A DNA stretch of 64,000 bases from Candidatus Micrarchaeota archaeon. GTDB taxonomy: Archaea; Micrarchaeota; Micrarchaeia; Anstonellales; Bilamarchaeaceae. The DNA lies in the NCBI GenBank assembly GCA_038046805.1, contig JBBSVO010000006.1, forward strand, positions 215,166-279,165, written 5' to 3'. The notes beneath the pieces are model-generated. The model was not told where the DNA came from. It saw only the letters and a list, made by a program, of their open reading frames with translations, and made no database searches. Made by a program: the position numbers and the translations under genes. This document shows positions 48,395 through 56,994 of the stretch, piece by piece (the first letter of the stretch is position 1; each line of letters begins with the position of its first letter).

Positions 48395-49180
48395 CTATTT
48401 TTTCCTAACAAGGCGAGACGAGTACTGCTGACTTAAGTCTGCAGGTAAATTTTTTGTAACTACCATACCGGAAGCAGTACCAGAGCCCGACACATCGGGT
48501 CGTCTCACCTTGTTACCCCACATTATTACCGGGTCTCCGAACCCTGTTTTTACAAAAAGGCATTTCTTGGATAAAGAGAACGGGATTGGAATGCGTTGGA
48601 CTGTTTCGACATGAAGTTCTTTCCATTCACCAGCCTTTTTCAGAATTCCTTCCCACTCTTTTGCAGAATGCGCATTTCTATATGCTGTTTTTGCCCTCAA
48701 CATCTTGAAAAAGAATGGGCGTTCAGAACTCGGTCCTGAACAAATAAATGTTCCGCCATCCTTCAGCGCGTTGTAGCAATTCCTCACCACGGCTTCCGGG
48801 TTTTCAATAAGTCCGAGCGTTCCAAGGCACGTGACCAAATCAAATTTTTCATTTACAGGAATCGGAAACGGCTTTGTTGCATCGTGAATGTAAAGATAAG
48901 CCTCGTCAATGTTTTTTCTAGCTTCTGTTATCGCATACGCTGAGACATCAAGACCATAAAGTTTTTCATATCCGTGCTCGCGGAATAATTCAAGCATATA
49001 TCCGTACGAGCATCCGACATCAAGAACCGCGCGGTAGGAACCATCTCCTCCTCTCCACCGGATTCCTAGAAAATCAAAAAGATCTCTGTGATATACTTTC
49101 ACATACTCCTGTATTCTTCGATAAGCCTCTCTTCCTTCCTCTGTTTTGAAATAAGCATCCTTACTGAAATCAAAAGACAT
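48395..49180 (-). CDS. Class I SAM-dependent methyltransferase
   Basis: VLDVGCSYG, GLDVS, FDLV, LKDGG. Confidence 0.85.
   Translation of the reverse strand: MSFDFSKDAYFKTEEGREAYRRIQEYVKVYHRDLFDFLGIRWRGGDGSYRAVLDVGCSYGYMLELFREHGYEKLYGLDVSAYAITEARKNIDEAYLYIHDATKPFPIPVNEKFDLVTCLGTLGLIENPEAVVRNCYNALKDGGTFICSGPSSERPFFFKMLRAKTAYRNAHSAKEWEGILKKAGEWKELHVETVQRIPIPFSLSKKCLFVKTGFGDPVIMWGNKVRRPDVSGSGTASGMVVTKNLPADLSQQYSSRLVRKK
48406..48515. repeat. Structured element with 16-bp terminal inverted repeats within the methyltransferase 3' end
   Basis: taacaaggcgagacga ... tcgtctcaccttgtta (15/16); internal gtactgct/agcagtac and cccga-caca-tcggg stems. Confidence 0.65.
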
Positions 49181-49234
49181 GTAATTTACCTCATTGCCTT
49201 GAGCCCATTGCTCATAGTTCAGGGCCTATGGCTT

Positions 49235-49924
49235 TTATTCTCTTGTTTTAATCACTTGTGCCGGAACTCCAACCGCAATAGAATTCGGCGGAATATCCTT
49301 TGTAACAACGCTATGCGCACCAATTACTGCGCCATTTCCTATAGTTACTCCCTTTAGAACCGACACCCCTCTTGCAAGCCATACGTTGTTTCCGATTTTA
49401 ACTGGTTTTGTGCGAATGCGTTCTTCATTCATATTCTCGCTTGCGTTTGTGTCATGGTCTGTGTCTATTATCATTACAAATCCCGAAATAAGGCAGTTGT
49501 CTCCTATATCTATTTTGTCAAACGCGTTAATGTTTGCAAGCTGTCCGAAATAGCAGTTTTTTCCGATTTTAAGCGTGCCGTTATAGGCTGTATTGAGCCG
49601 CACCATTTTCTCAAGATGCGTTCCGCCTCCGATTTCTATTTTTCCATTGTCCCGTGCCCAGATTTCACAATTGCCATCCAAACCAACCTCGTCGCCTAGC
49701 GCAATCTCGCCTTTATTATACGCGCGGAAGCTGTTCCACCCGCTCAGGCGGACGTTTCGCCCGATCTGTTTGCATTTTCGCATGATATTTAGTCTATTTA
49801 TGATAAGGAAAGGATTAAGCGCATCTACAAGGCGGTCCAGCACTATCTCTATTGTTTGCCAGAATCCGTATTTTGAAAGAAATCCAGATAGTTTATTGGA
49901 GACATGCCCTGGTTCGTAAACCAT
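49235..49924 (-). CDS. Hexapeptide-repeat acyltransferase
   Basis: IGDNCLI, PVKIGNNVWL, GVTIGNGAVIGAHSVVTKDIP...AVGVPA. Confidence 0.9.
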   Translation of the reverse strand: MVYEPGHVSNKLSGFLSKYGFWQTIEIVLDRLVDALNPFLIINRLNIMRKCKQIGRNVRLSGWNSFRAYNKGEIALGDEVGLDGNCEIWARDNGKIEIGGGTHLEKMVRLNTAYNGTLKIGKNCYFGQLANINAFDKIDIGDNCLISGFVMIIDTDHDTNASENMNEERIRTKPVKIGNNVWLARGVSVLKGVTIGNGAVIGAHSVVTKDIPPNSIAVGVPAQVIKTRE

Positions 49925-50005
49925 GCTAATATCTCATCTCCATGTATTTTAATTCTTACAGGTGTATAATCCACGTAATCTTTTATCGGTTTTTGGGTGT
50001 TTTCT

Positions 50006-52330
50006 ATGACTAAATCTAACTCTGGGGTTGAATTGTGGAAGCGTGCAAAGCAGATTATTCCGGGCGGCTCTCAATTGCTTTCAAAGCGTTCGGAAATGTT
50101 CCTTCCTGACCAGTGGCCTTCTTATTATTCTAAAGCAAAGGGGATTAACGTCTGGGATCTTGATGGAAACAAGTTTACGGACATGTGCATAATGGGCATC
50201 GGTGCGTGTATTCTTGGTTATGCTGATGATGATGTAAATCGCGCGGTAAAGGACAGGATTGACCGCGGCAACATGACAACGTTCAATTGCCCGGAAGAGG
50301 TTGAGCTTGCAGAAAAGCTGATTTCACTTAATCCCTGGGCAGGCGGAGTGCGCTATGCAAGAACTGGCGGGGAATCAATGTCAATGGCTGTTCGCATTTC
50401 GCGCGGGTATGCGAAAAAGGACAAAATCGCATTTTGTTACGATGATAAAACAGAGATTTTGACAAAAGACGGATTCAAAAAATTCGAGGATGTATGTGAA
50501 GAGGAATTAGTCGCAACACTTAATCCCCTTACAAATAAGCTGGAGTATCATAAAATAGACCGAAAAATAAAGCTTCAGTTTACAGGTAAAATGATACATT
50601 TTAAGGGCCAAAGAGTCGATATCTTAGTAACTCCTGACCATATGGTCTATCGAAAGTTTCGGTTAAAAAAGGGGCATCATTTTAAACTCATACGTGCTTC
50701 GAATGCTTTACAAAGAAAAGTAATGACTCAAATGACGAGTTTTTGTAATTGGGATGGAGAATCTAAAAACGAGAAATTCATTATTTCTGGGATTGAGAAT
50801 CAATCAAGACCGACAAAAGGATTAATGTCTTTTCCTATAAAGTATTTTGTTAGATTTATGGGTTGGTACTTATCTGAAGGTTGTTGTGTAAAACGAAAAA
50901 AACGTAAAACTTACGAAGTAGTTATAAGCCAGGATATAAAAAACAAAGAAAAAAGTGATGAGATATTTACAACAATCAGAAGTTTGGGATTTAAACCGTA
51001 TAGAAATGGACACCATATTTGTTTTAATTCCAAAGAACTCACACACTATTTGCAACAATTTGGGCATACTAAAGACAAATACATCCCAGCCTGGATAAAA
51101 AACCTGCCGCCTAGTTACTTGGCAATTTTTGTAGATGCTATCGTAAAAGGAGATGGCACATTTGAAAACGGCAGAATCAGAAAATTTTATTCTACTTCAA
51201 AGAAATTGATAGACGGGATGCAAGAAATTCTGTTAAAAATGGGTCATTCATCCACAGTTTCCGAAATTCATGGCAATGGTTTTTCAAAAGGTATGATATA
51301 CCACCTAAATATAGGGAGGGAGAAAATTTTGGGGTCTTGGCCAAAAGAAGAGCACTATGATGGCTTTGTATATTGTGTTACCGTTCCAAATCATATCATA
51401 TTGGTGCGAAGAAATGGAAGAATCGTGTGGTCTGGAAATTGCGGATATCACGGATGGTCTGACTGGTATCTTGCGACTAATCTAAAAGACCCTGGCGGAT
51501 TGAATGACCATCTTTTGAAAGGCCTTGAGCCTCTTGGAGTTCCGCAAAACCTCAGTGGTTCTGTACTGCCATTTCATTATAACAAAATAGAAGAACTCGA
51601 AGCATTAGTCTCCAAAAACAAGGATATCGGCGTAATCGTGGTTGAGGCAATAAGAAGCCAGAAGCCTGAGAACGACTTTTTGGGCAAGGTGCGAAAGATC
51701 GCGGATGAAATCGGGGCGGTCCTCGTATTTGATGAAATTACTTCTGCCTGGAGAATGACTATTGGTGGAGCGTATCCAATGTTTGGGGTAACGCCGGATG
51801 TCGTTGTATTCGGAAAGGCAATGAGCAATGGTTATCCGATGGCAGCGGTTGTTGGAAAGGCCGAAGTGATGGACGTTGCCCAACAGAGTTTTATCAGTAG
51901 CACTTACTGGTCTGAGGGTGTTGGGCCAACTGCGGCTCTTGCAACAATAAAAAAACTCGAGGATAAGGCTGTGCCAAAACATATTGTTGAAATTGGAAAC
52001 TACGCAGGTCATACCTGGGAGCGCCTTGGAAAAGAATCGGGCCTGAAGATTCATGTTGATTTCGGGTTCCCTCCGATAATGCATTTTGATTTTGAATATG
52101 AAAACAAACTCGCAATAATGACTTTGTTCACGCAGGAAATGTTGGCCAGAGGATATTTGGCCACGGGCGGCTTCTATGTTTCTTATTCCCATCAGAAATC
52201 AGACGTGGATAAATATGGGGAGGCCTGCGCCGAGGTATTCAAGCTGATAAAAAAAGCAGTTGATGATGGGAGTGTTGAAAAGCAGTTAAAAGGTCCGATT
52301 AAGCATTCTGGGTTCCAGAGATTGACTTAG
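50006..52330 (+). CDS. Class III aminotransferase (glutamate-1-semialdehyde aminomutase-like), intein-containing
   Basis: IPGGSQLLSKR, WDLDGN, GYHGW, FDEITS, FGKAMSNGYP (PLP lysine). Confidence 0.9.
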   Translation: MTKSNSGVELWKRAKQIIPGGSQLLSKRSEMFLPDQWPSYYSKAKGINVWDLDGNKFTDMCIMGIGACILGYADDDVNRAVKDRIDRGNMTTFNCPEEVELAEKLISLNPWAGGVRYARTGGESMSMAVRISRGYAKKDKIAFCYDDKTEILTKDGFKKFEDVCEEELVATLNPLTNKLEYHKIDRKIKLQFTGKMIHFKGQRVDILVTPDHMVYRKFRLKKGHHFKLIRASNALQRKVMTQMTSFCNWDGESKNEKFIISGIENQSRPTKGLMSFPIKYFVRFMGWYLSEGCCVKRKKRKTYEVVISQDIKNKEKSDEIFTTIRSLGFKPYRNGHHICFNSKELTHYLQQFGHTKDKYIPAWIKNLPPSYLAIFVDAIVKGDGTFENGRIRKFYSTSKKLIDGMQEILLKMGHSSTVSEIHGNGFSKGMIYHLNIGREKILGSWPKEEHYDGFVYCVTVPNHIILVRRNGRIVWSGNCGYHGWSDWYLATNLKDPGGLNDHLLKGLEPLGVPQNLSGSVLPFHYNKIEELEALVSKNKDIGVIVVEAIRSQKPENDFLGKVRKIADEIGAVLVFDEITSAWRMTIGGAYPMFGVTPDVVVFGKAMSNGYPMAAVVGKAEVMDVAQQSFISSTYWSEGVGPTAALATIKKLEDKAVPKHIVEIGNYAGHTWERLGKESGLKIHVDFGFPPIMHFDFEYENKLAIMTLFTQEMLARGYLATGGFYVSYSHQKSDVDKYGEACAEVFKLIKKAVDDGSVEKQLKGPIKHSGFQRLT
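50435..51439 (+). mobile_element. Intein (335 aa) with LAGLIDADG homing endonuclease
   Basis: Starts CYDDKTEILTKDG; block B VTPDH; EN blocks FMGWYLSEG and FVDAIVKGDG; ends VYCVTVPNH...VWSGN followed by Cys+1. Confidence 0.95.
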
Positions 52331-52372
52331 GGGGCTCAGGCAAATATTTGAGGAATGTTACCGAGTTCTTGA

Positions 52373-52386
52373 AGATGCAGGGGAAG
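52373..52386 (-). repeat. tRNA 3'-end-like direct repeat copy A (att-like)
   Basis: agatgcaggggaag = reverse complement CTTCCCCTGCATCT. Confidence 0.6.
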
Positions 52387-52508
52387 GATACTCAGAACTG
52401 ATCTGAGGCGATTTAGCACTCGGATGTAAAATTTGGCAGGAATTGTAATATATGCAAAATTGCCCACAAATAATATAAGATTTATCTAGAACGATACCCT
52501 GGCCTGAA

Positions 52509-53762
52509 CTAGTTTTTTAACAACCAGTCAATCAACGGAACAAACCGGATGCTGATCCCATTAATTTCTTGGGTTTTGGAGACGTTCTTCGTCAAAATTA
52601 TCGCAGTTTTCATCTTGAATTCTTTTGCACATTTGACAATCGCGTCTGTTTCTCTGGCCATTGTTTTTTCATCTTCCAGATCATATACGACCTGAATTAT
52701 CTGTTCTATGTGTGTTCCTTGTTTTATCAAGAAATCCACTTCCCGGCCTTCTGTATTTTTCCAATAGCATACGTCGTTATGTTCTCTTCTTTTTAGCTCC
52801 AGGAAGGTTAGATTTTCGAATAGTCTTCCCAAGTCCATTTTGCCAGTGGTGCTATGGGCAAAGCCAGTATCTCCGCAGTAAGCCTTTCTTGAGTACTGGG
52901 ATTTGTCTTTTATGTTGTAAGCAAATATCTGAACGAAGAAGAACAGATAGCTTGCCTGGGAGTAATGTTCGAATTGAAGTATTTTTTCTTTCCCGACTTT
53001 GTGCCCGATTGTTTTGAGGAAGTTCAGGCATTTGGAAGCGGAAAAGTACGGACTTTGTATCACATACCTTCCGAAAGTTTCAACGACCCCTGCATCTTCA
53101 TTCGAAACCTCGGCGACATCGAGACCGACAATGTCCTTGAAGTAGGAGTTCAAAATACGCACTTTGTCTATTTCCTCGTTTGTTAATGCAATTTCTGGAA
53201 ATCCACCATATTTGAGATATTCAAAAAATGCCTTCTCAAGCCTACCCTTTCCGGCGGTTGTTTTTTCTACTTCTAGTTTTTTGAACTGTAAGAACTCATG
53301 AAAAGAGAGCGGGTAAAGCTCGTATGGTAAGATTCTGCCTCTGAGAGGCTTGCTTGGCCAGACAAGATTCTTGCGTGACGAACTTACAATAAGCCGCAAT
53401 TTTCCCTTGAGCAGTTCATGAGTTCGTGCCAACCAGCCTTCCCAATCCTTCGAACTAGTTACTTCGTCCAGTAGCATGAAACCACCGTCTCCAAACCACT
53501 TTATTGTTTCATCTAGAACGTGTGTGTTATCCTTTATGCGACTGTCCTCTAAATTGATATAACAGACTTTTTCGCCTTGTGCAACAAGCTTTTGTGCCAA
53601 TAGCATAAGAACGCTTGATTTTCCAGCTCTCCGTATCCCCGTAATGGCAATTATTTTCGACTTGGAGTTGGCGATTATGGAATCAAAATCCACTTCTCTC
53701 TCAAGCAGTTTTTTTTTCTTGACGTAAACATTCCATTCTTCGAATACTTCGTTGGTTTCCAT
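52509..53762 (-). CDS. AAA+ ATPase (AAA_14 + DUF4143 type)
   Basis: GIRRAGKS, LDEV, L.GR.....YPLSF.EF, YL.YGGFPE, K.Y..DTG, LFEN, EVDF. Confidence 0.9.
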   Translation of the reverse strand: METNEVFEEWNVYVKKKKLLEREVDFDSIIANSKSKIIAITGIRRAGKSSVLMLLAQKLVAQGEKVCYINLEDSRIKDNTHVLDETIKWFGDGGFMLLDEVTSSKDWEGWLARTHELLKGKLRLIVSSSRKNLVWPSKPLRGRILPYELYPLSFHEFLQFKKLEVEKTTAGKGRLEKAFFEYLKYGGFPEIALTNEEIDKVRILNSYFKDIVGLDVAEVSNEDAGVVETFGRYVIQSPYFSASKCLNFLKTIGHKVGKEKILQFEHYSQASYLFFFVQIFAYNIKDKSQYSRKAYCGDTGFAHSTTGKMDLGRLFENLTFLELKRREHNDVCYWKNTEGREVDFLIKQGTHIEQIIQVVYDLEDEKTMARETDAIVKCAKEFKMKTAIILTKNVSKTQEINGISIRFVPLIDWLLKN

Positions 53763-53764
53763 GT

Positions 53765-53815
53765 ATTGTTCTAGTGTAGAACAATATATAAACTTTTCTG
53801 TTCTGCAGCAGAACA
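53765..53815. promoter_or_regulatory. Two palindromic operators flanking a TATA box
   Basis: ATTGTTCTA-gtg-TAGAACAAT (53765-53785), TATATAAA, TGTTCTGC-A-GCAGAACA (53799-53815). Confidence 0.6.
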
Positions 53816-53957
53816 ATAATCTGATTGTAGATATAGGTATTACGCTAGAGTAACATGATTAAATATTGCATTCCGAATGACGATTTTGTCATGTAGTTAG
53901 TTTATATGACAAGAGAACTACAACCAAAATTGGTTAGTGCACTCAGGTAGGAACGAT

Positions 53958-53974
53958 ATGCAGGGGAAGTAACC
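53958..53974 (-). repeat. tRNA 3'-end-like direct repeat copy B
   Basis: atgcaggggaagtaacc identical to copies C and D. Confidence 0.75.
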
Positions 53975-54112
53975 ACCTGCCAGGACTCAGTTCCCTACGA
54001 CGTAAAAATGTCGATTACAGCACGATTTTGTCGGTATCGGCAACCAACAGGTTGCTGATAGATTGAAACCGAAGCATCGGTTTCAGGATATCTACAAACG
54101 CCAAGTTCTGGC

Positions 54113-54170
54113 TCCGATTGTTCGACGCATCGAACAATGGACCATAAATCGCATTGGCGATTTATCGGTC
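54113..54170 (-). mobile_element. Double-hairpin micro-element copy 5
   Basis: Reverse complement GA-CCGA-TAAATCGC caat GCGATTTA-TGGTCCA-TTGTTCGA tgcg TCGAACAA-TCG-GA. Confidence 0.8.
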
Positions 54171-54389
54171 GTAAGCGTGAGGGGTGTTCTAAGAGGAGAA
54201 TTTTAAAAAGATTGCTATCAGTTGTTAAGAATTCTCTGAATTGATATTATTAACTATTGTTAATTATTGTTAACTTTATGATAGTTAAAGTAAGGCTAAC
54301 TGCCTCGTATATTAGGTTTTACCGAAAGATTTAAATATCTTTAAGTATTATTAACTATTATTAAGTTAATAATGTTTAAGGTGTTAAGC

Positions 54390-55715
54390 ATGCCAGAAAT
54401 TGAAAATCAAAATCTAGAATTGAAAAGAGAAGTAGAAAACTTCAAAGAGATAAGTAAAACTGCTTGTGCATTTGCTAATGCATTCGGAGGAAAGATAATA
54501 ATCGGAATTGATAATTCAGGAATTGTTTTCGGAGTTCCAGAAAAGAATCTTGATAACCTTCAACAAAGAATTGAGGGTGCAATACAACAAACTTCTCCAG
54601 CCCCATTACATAAAATTTCAATTGAGGAACGCGAAGGCAAAAAGATAGTTGTGGCAGAGATTTATCGAATAGGGCAAGGTGCATTCTGTACATTTGGAGG
54701 AATTGTTTATTACCGGTCAGGAAGTATGAATAGTAAGCTAGAGGGCAGAACACTTCAGGATTTTTTGGTCCGTTCTAGAATCCTTTCGTTCGATGATTCT
54801 CTCTCAGATGCCAAACTAGAAGACATGGATGCCACAAAGGTTTCTAATTTTCTCAAAAAACGCTCTCCGAATGTCGCATTTGAAGAAGGCAAACTTGCAG
54901 ATTATCTAATCAATCTGGGTGTAGCCCAGAAAAGCGCAGAACTTGCCATAAAAAACGTGGCGATTCTGTTTTTTGCCAAAGAACCGAAGAGATTTTTACC
55001 TCAAAACGAAATGAAACTGGTGCGTTTCAAAGGATCTGAAGCGATAGAAATCATAGACAGCCGTTTTGTAAATTCCACAGTTTTGGAAAACCTTAAGGAA
55101 GCGGAAGAATTCATAAAAAAGAATACGAGTGTCGCATTTAGGATTGAAGGCCTTGCTAGGAAAGAGGTTCCAGAATATCCTGAGAGTGCAATGCGTGAAG
55201 CTTTGGTTAATTCAGTTTTGCACAGAGACTATTTCAGTAAGGATAGCATCCAAATAAATATCTTTGATAATAGAATCGAATTCATAAATCCCGGAACCTT
55301 GCCTAGTGGTTTGACTATGCAGATTTTAGGAAGTTTATCAGTTCAGAGAAACCCAACTATATATCAATTAATGCGAGAACTTGGTTTTGTTGAGGGATTG
55401 GCAACAGGAATACCGAGAATGCGCTCTGAGATGAGGGTTGCAGGATTGCCAGAACCCAAATTCGAAGAGCTTGGAAACTTTTTCAGAGTGATATTATATA
55501 ATAAAACCATTGCTGAGGAAAGAGAACTTAACGAAAGGCAGAAAAGAGCATTAGATTATTTAGAAAGAAACCCTTCGATAAGCTCGAAAAAATACATTGA
55601 ACTAGGCCACATTTCACATCCAATTGCAGTTGCAGAGCTTAATCGCCTTTGCTTAAAAGGATTAGTGAAAAGAATTGGAAGGACAAGAGGCGCATATTAT
55701 GTTAAGGGGGGTTAG
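54390..55715 (+). CDS. AlbA_2 (Schlafen-like) + HATPase_c_4 (RecG C-terminal-like) + HTH protein
   Basis: ENQNLELKR, CAFANA.GG.IIIGI.N.G, YP..A.REALVN...HRDY, NPG, RNP.I, TGIPRM. Confidence 0.85.
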   Translation: MPEIENQNLELKREVENFKEISKTACAFANAFGGKIIIGIDNSGIVFGVPEKNLDNLQQRIEGAIQQTSPAPLHKISIEEREGKKIVVAEIYRIGQGAFCTFGGIVYYRSGSMNSKLEGRTLQDFLVRSRILSFDDSLSDAKLEDMDATKVSNFLKKRSPNVAFEEGKLADYLINLGVAQKSAELAIKNVAILFFAKEPKRFLPQNEMKLVRFKGSEAIEIIDSRFVNSTVLENLKEAEEFIKKNTSVAFRIEGLARKEVPEYPESAMREALVNSVLHRDYFSKDSIQINIFDNRIEFINPGTLPSGLTMQILGSLSVQRNPTIYQLMRELGFVEGLATGIPRMRSEMRVAGLPEPKFEELGNFFRVILYNKTIAEERELNERQKRALDYLERNPSISSKKYIELGHISHPIAVAELNRLCLKGLVKRIGRTRGAYYVKGG

Positions 55716-55731
55716 GCGATTGATTGAGACC

Positions 55732-55971
55732 CTACCTAAAAGGGGTTTTGCAATTGGGGCATTTATCAGAATTGATAAGACCAAAAGAACTATTGCAGTT
55801 GCTACAATGAACATTTGCAGAAACTGTTTGTCCTTGTGGATTTGGTTCCATTGTAGTTCCGCAAGTTGGACATTTTGGATCTCCTTCGGGAGCAGAACTT
55901 ATTGATGCTCCGATATCTACTGTTGACTTACATTTAGGACAAATAAAACCAAAATACGAAGTTCCTTTCAT
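55732..55971 (-). CDS. Small multi-zinc-ribbon protein
   Basis: CPKC, CPTC, CSNC, CPNC. Confidence 0.65.
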   Translation of the reverse strand: MKGTSYFGFICPKCKSTVDIGASISSAPEGDPKCPTCGTTMEPNPQGQTVSANVHCSNCNSSFGLINSDKCPNCKTPFR

Positions 55972-56495
55972 TTTTCATCACCTTTTTTATAAGAGATTCT
56001 AGTTCCAGTTACGTTGCCTTTCCCTTCTGCAATGACTTTAGTTCCTGGCTTGAAAAAAACTGGTTCTTGAACATCCAGTCCGATAATATTACCCGTACCT
56101 GATGCCCTATGTTCACCGTCTATGGTAGACACCCTAGAATTTACTGATCTATTTAAGTTTGACTTAACCCACGTTTCATGGTCAGTTTTCCATCTTTTCA
56201 AAACATCAACCGAATAGTCTATACCACTATTCTTGTCGATCATATCAGCACAATGGGAGCAGAGAAAAATTCCGTTTTCTGAAGATGATCTTTGTTCACT
56301 AGTAAGAGAAAAATTAAATCTTGGGCCATTAGACGCAGCAGCAGTTATGTGTGCTGCTTTGCCAGTGTAAATAAATTTTGATAAATCGGCAGCTGAGGGA
56401 GCAAGGGTCATAGCGCGACAATCCGGGTTAGAACATATATACTGGGCGCGTTTAGCTATGCTCTCCGTTGTTTTGGGTGAAAAATCATCTCGCAT
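55968..56495 (-). CDS. HNH-like nuclease domain protein
   Basis: CSNPDC...AAHI.AAS.NGPR....N.I.LC.HC...ID. Confidence 0.7.
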   Translation of the reverse strand: MRDDFSPKTTESIAKRAQYICSNPDCRAMTLAPSAADLSKFIYTGKAAHITAAASNGPRFNFSLTSEQRSSSENGIFLCSHCADMIDKNSGIDYSVDVLKRWKTDHETWVKSNLNRSVNSRVSTIDGEHRASGTGNIIGLDVQEPVFFKPGTKVIAEGKGNVTGTRISYKKGDEK

Positions 56496-56497
56496 GT

Positions 56498-56785
56498 TTA
56501 ATTCCTCCGAACCATTATTGTTCCGCACTTATTGCATTTATGTTTAGGTTCGCCACCCATGGAAACTTCCAAACCTATGAATAATGTCGAACCACATTTT
56601 GGACATTTATATTCTGGCTGGAGTCGGTATGCTTCGGGTTTTACATTTCTTGGTCCTACTGTAATTTCGAAATACCGTACCATGTTTTTTATCGCTTCTT
56701 GCTTTGTTTTAAAATTGTTAACTATTTTGTAGACTTCTAATATTTTGGATTCTTCTTCGGATAATTCAAGCAACATTTTAGCCAT
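56498..56785 (-). CDS. DUF2683-like ribbon-helix-helix protein with C-terminal Zn ribbon
   Basis: L.LSEE..+IL.VYK......K.EAI; CPKC...CNKC. Confidence 0.55.
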   Translation of the reverse strand: MAKMLLELSEEESKILEVYKIVNNFKTKQEAIKNMVRYFEITVGPRNVKPEAYRLQPEYKCPKCGSTLFIGLEVSMGGEPKHKCNKCGTIMVRRN

Positions 56786-56960
56786 ATAATCACAAGTTAT
56801 ATTAAGTAATACTAGATTATAAAGCTATCGGGCTCTCCGTCCATTAAATATCTTAGAAAAGTTGGCGTCCTCAAATTAGACCTGAGGACTTCCAGAGTGC
56901 ACTCAGGTTAATTTCGACTTATGCTCACGTCGAAGAAAAGTAGGGATTCTAAGAAAAGTG

Positions 56961-56994
56961 AGATGCAGGGGAAGTAACCCGAGACTAGGTCTCC
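56961..56994 (-). repeat. tRNA 3'-end-like direct repeat copy C (34 bp)
   Basis: agatgcaggggaagtaacccgagactaggtctcc; 33/34 identical to 63874-63907. Confidence 0.85.

Noticed and set aside
50006..52330. Calling the aminotransferase hemL
   Set aside because: It lies beside glycosylation genes with no tetrapyrrole genes nearby; only the family is supported
53958..54200. A fourth complete multi-intron tRNA starting at repeat B (or C)
   Set aside because: No matching 5' acceptor strand (cccctgc on + strand), D arm or anticodon arm could be found to the right of either repeat
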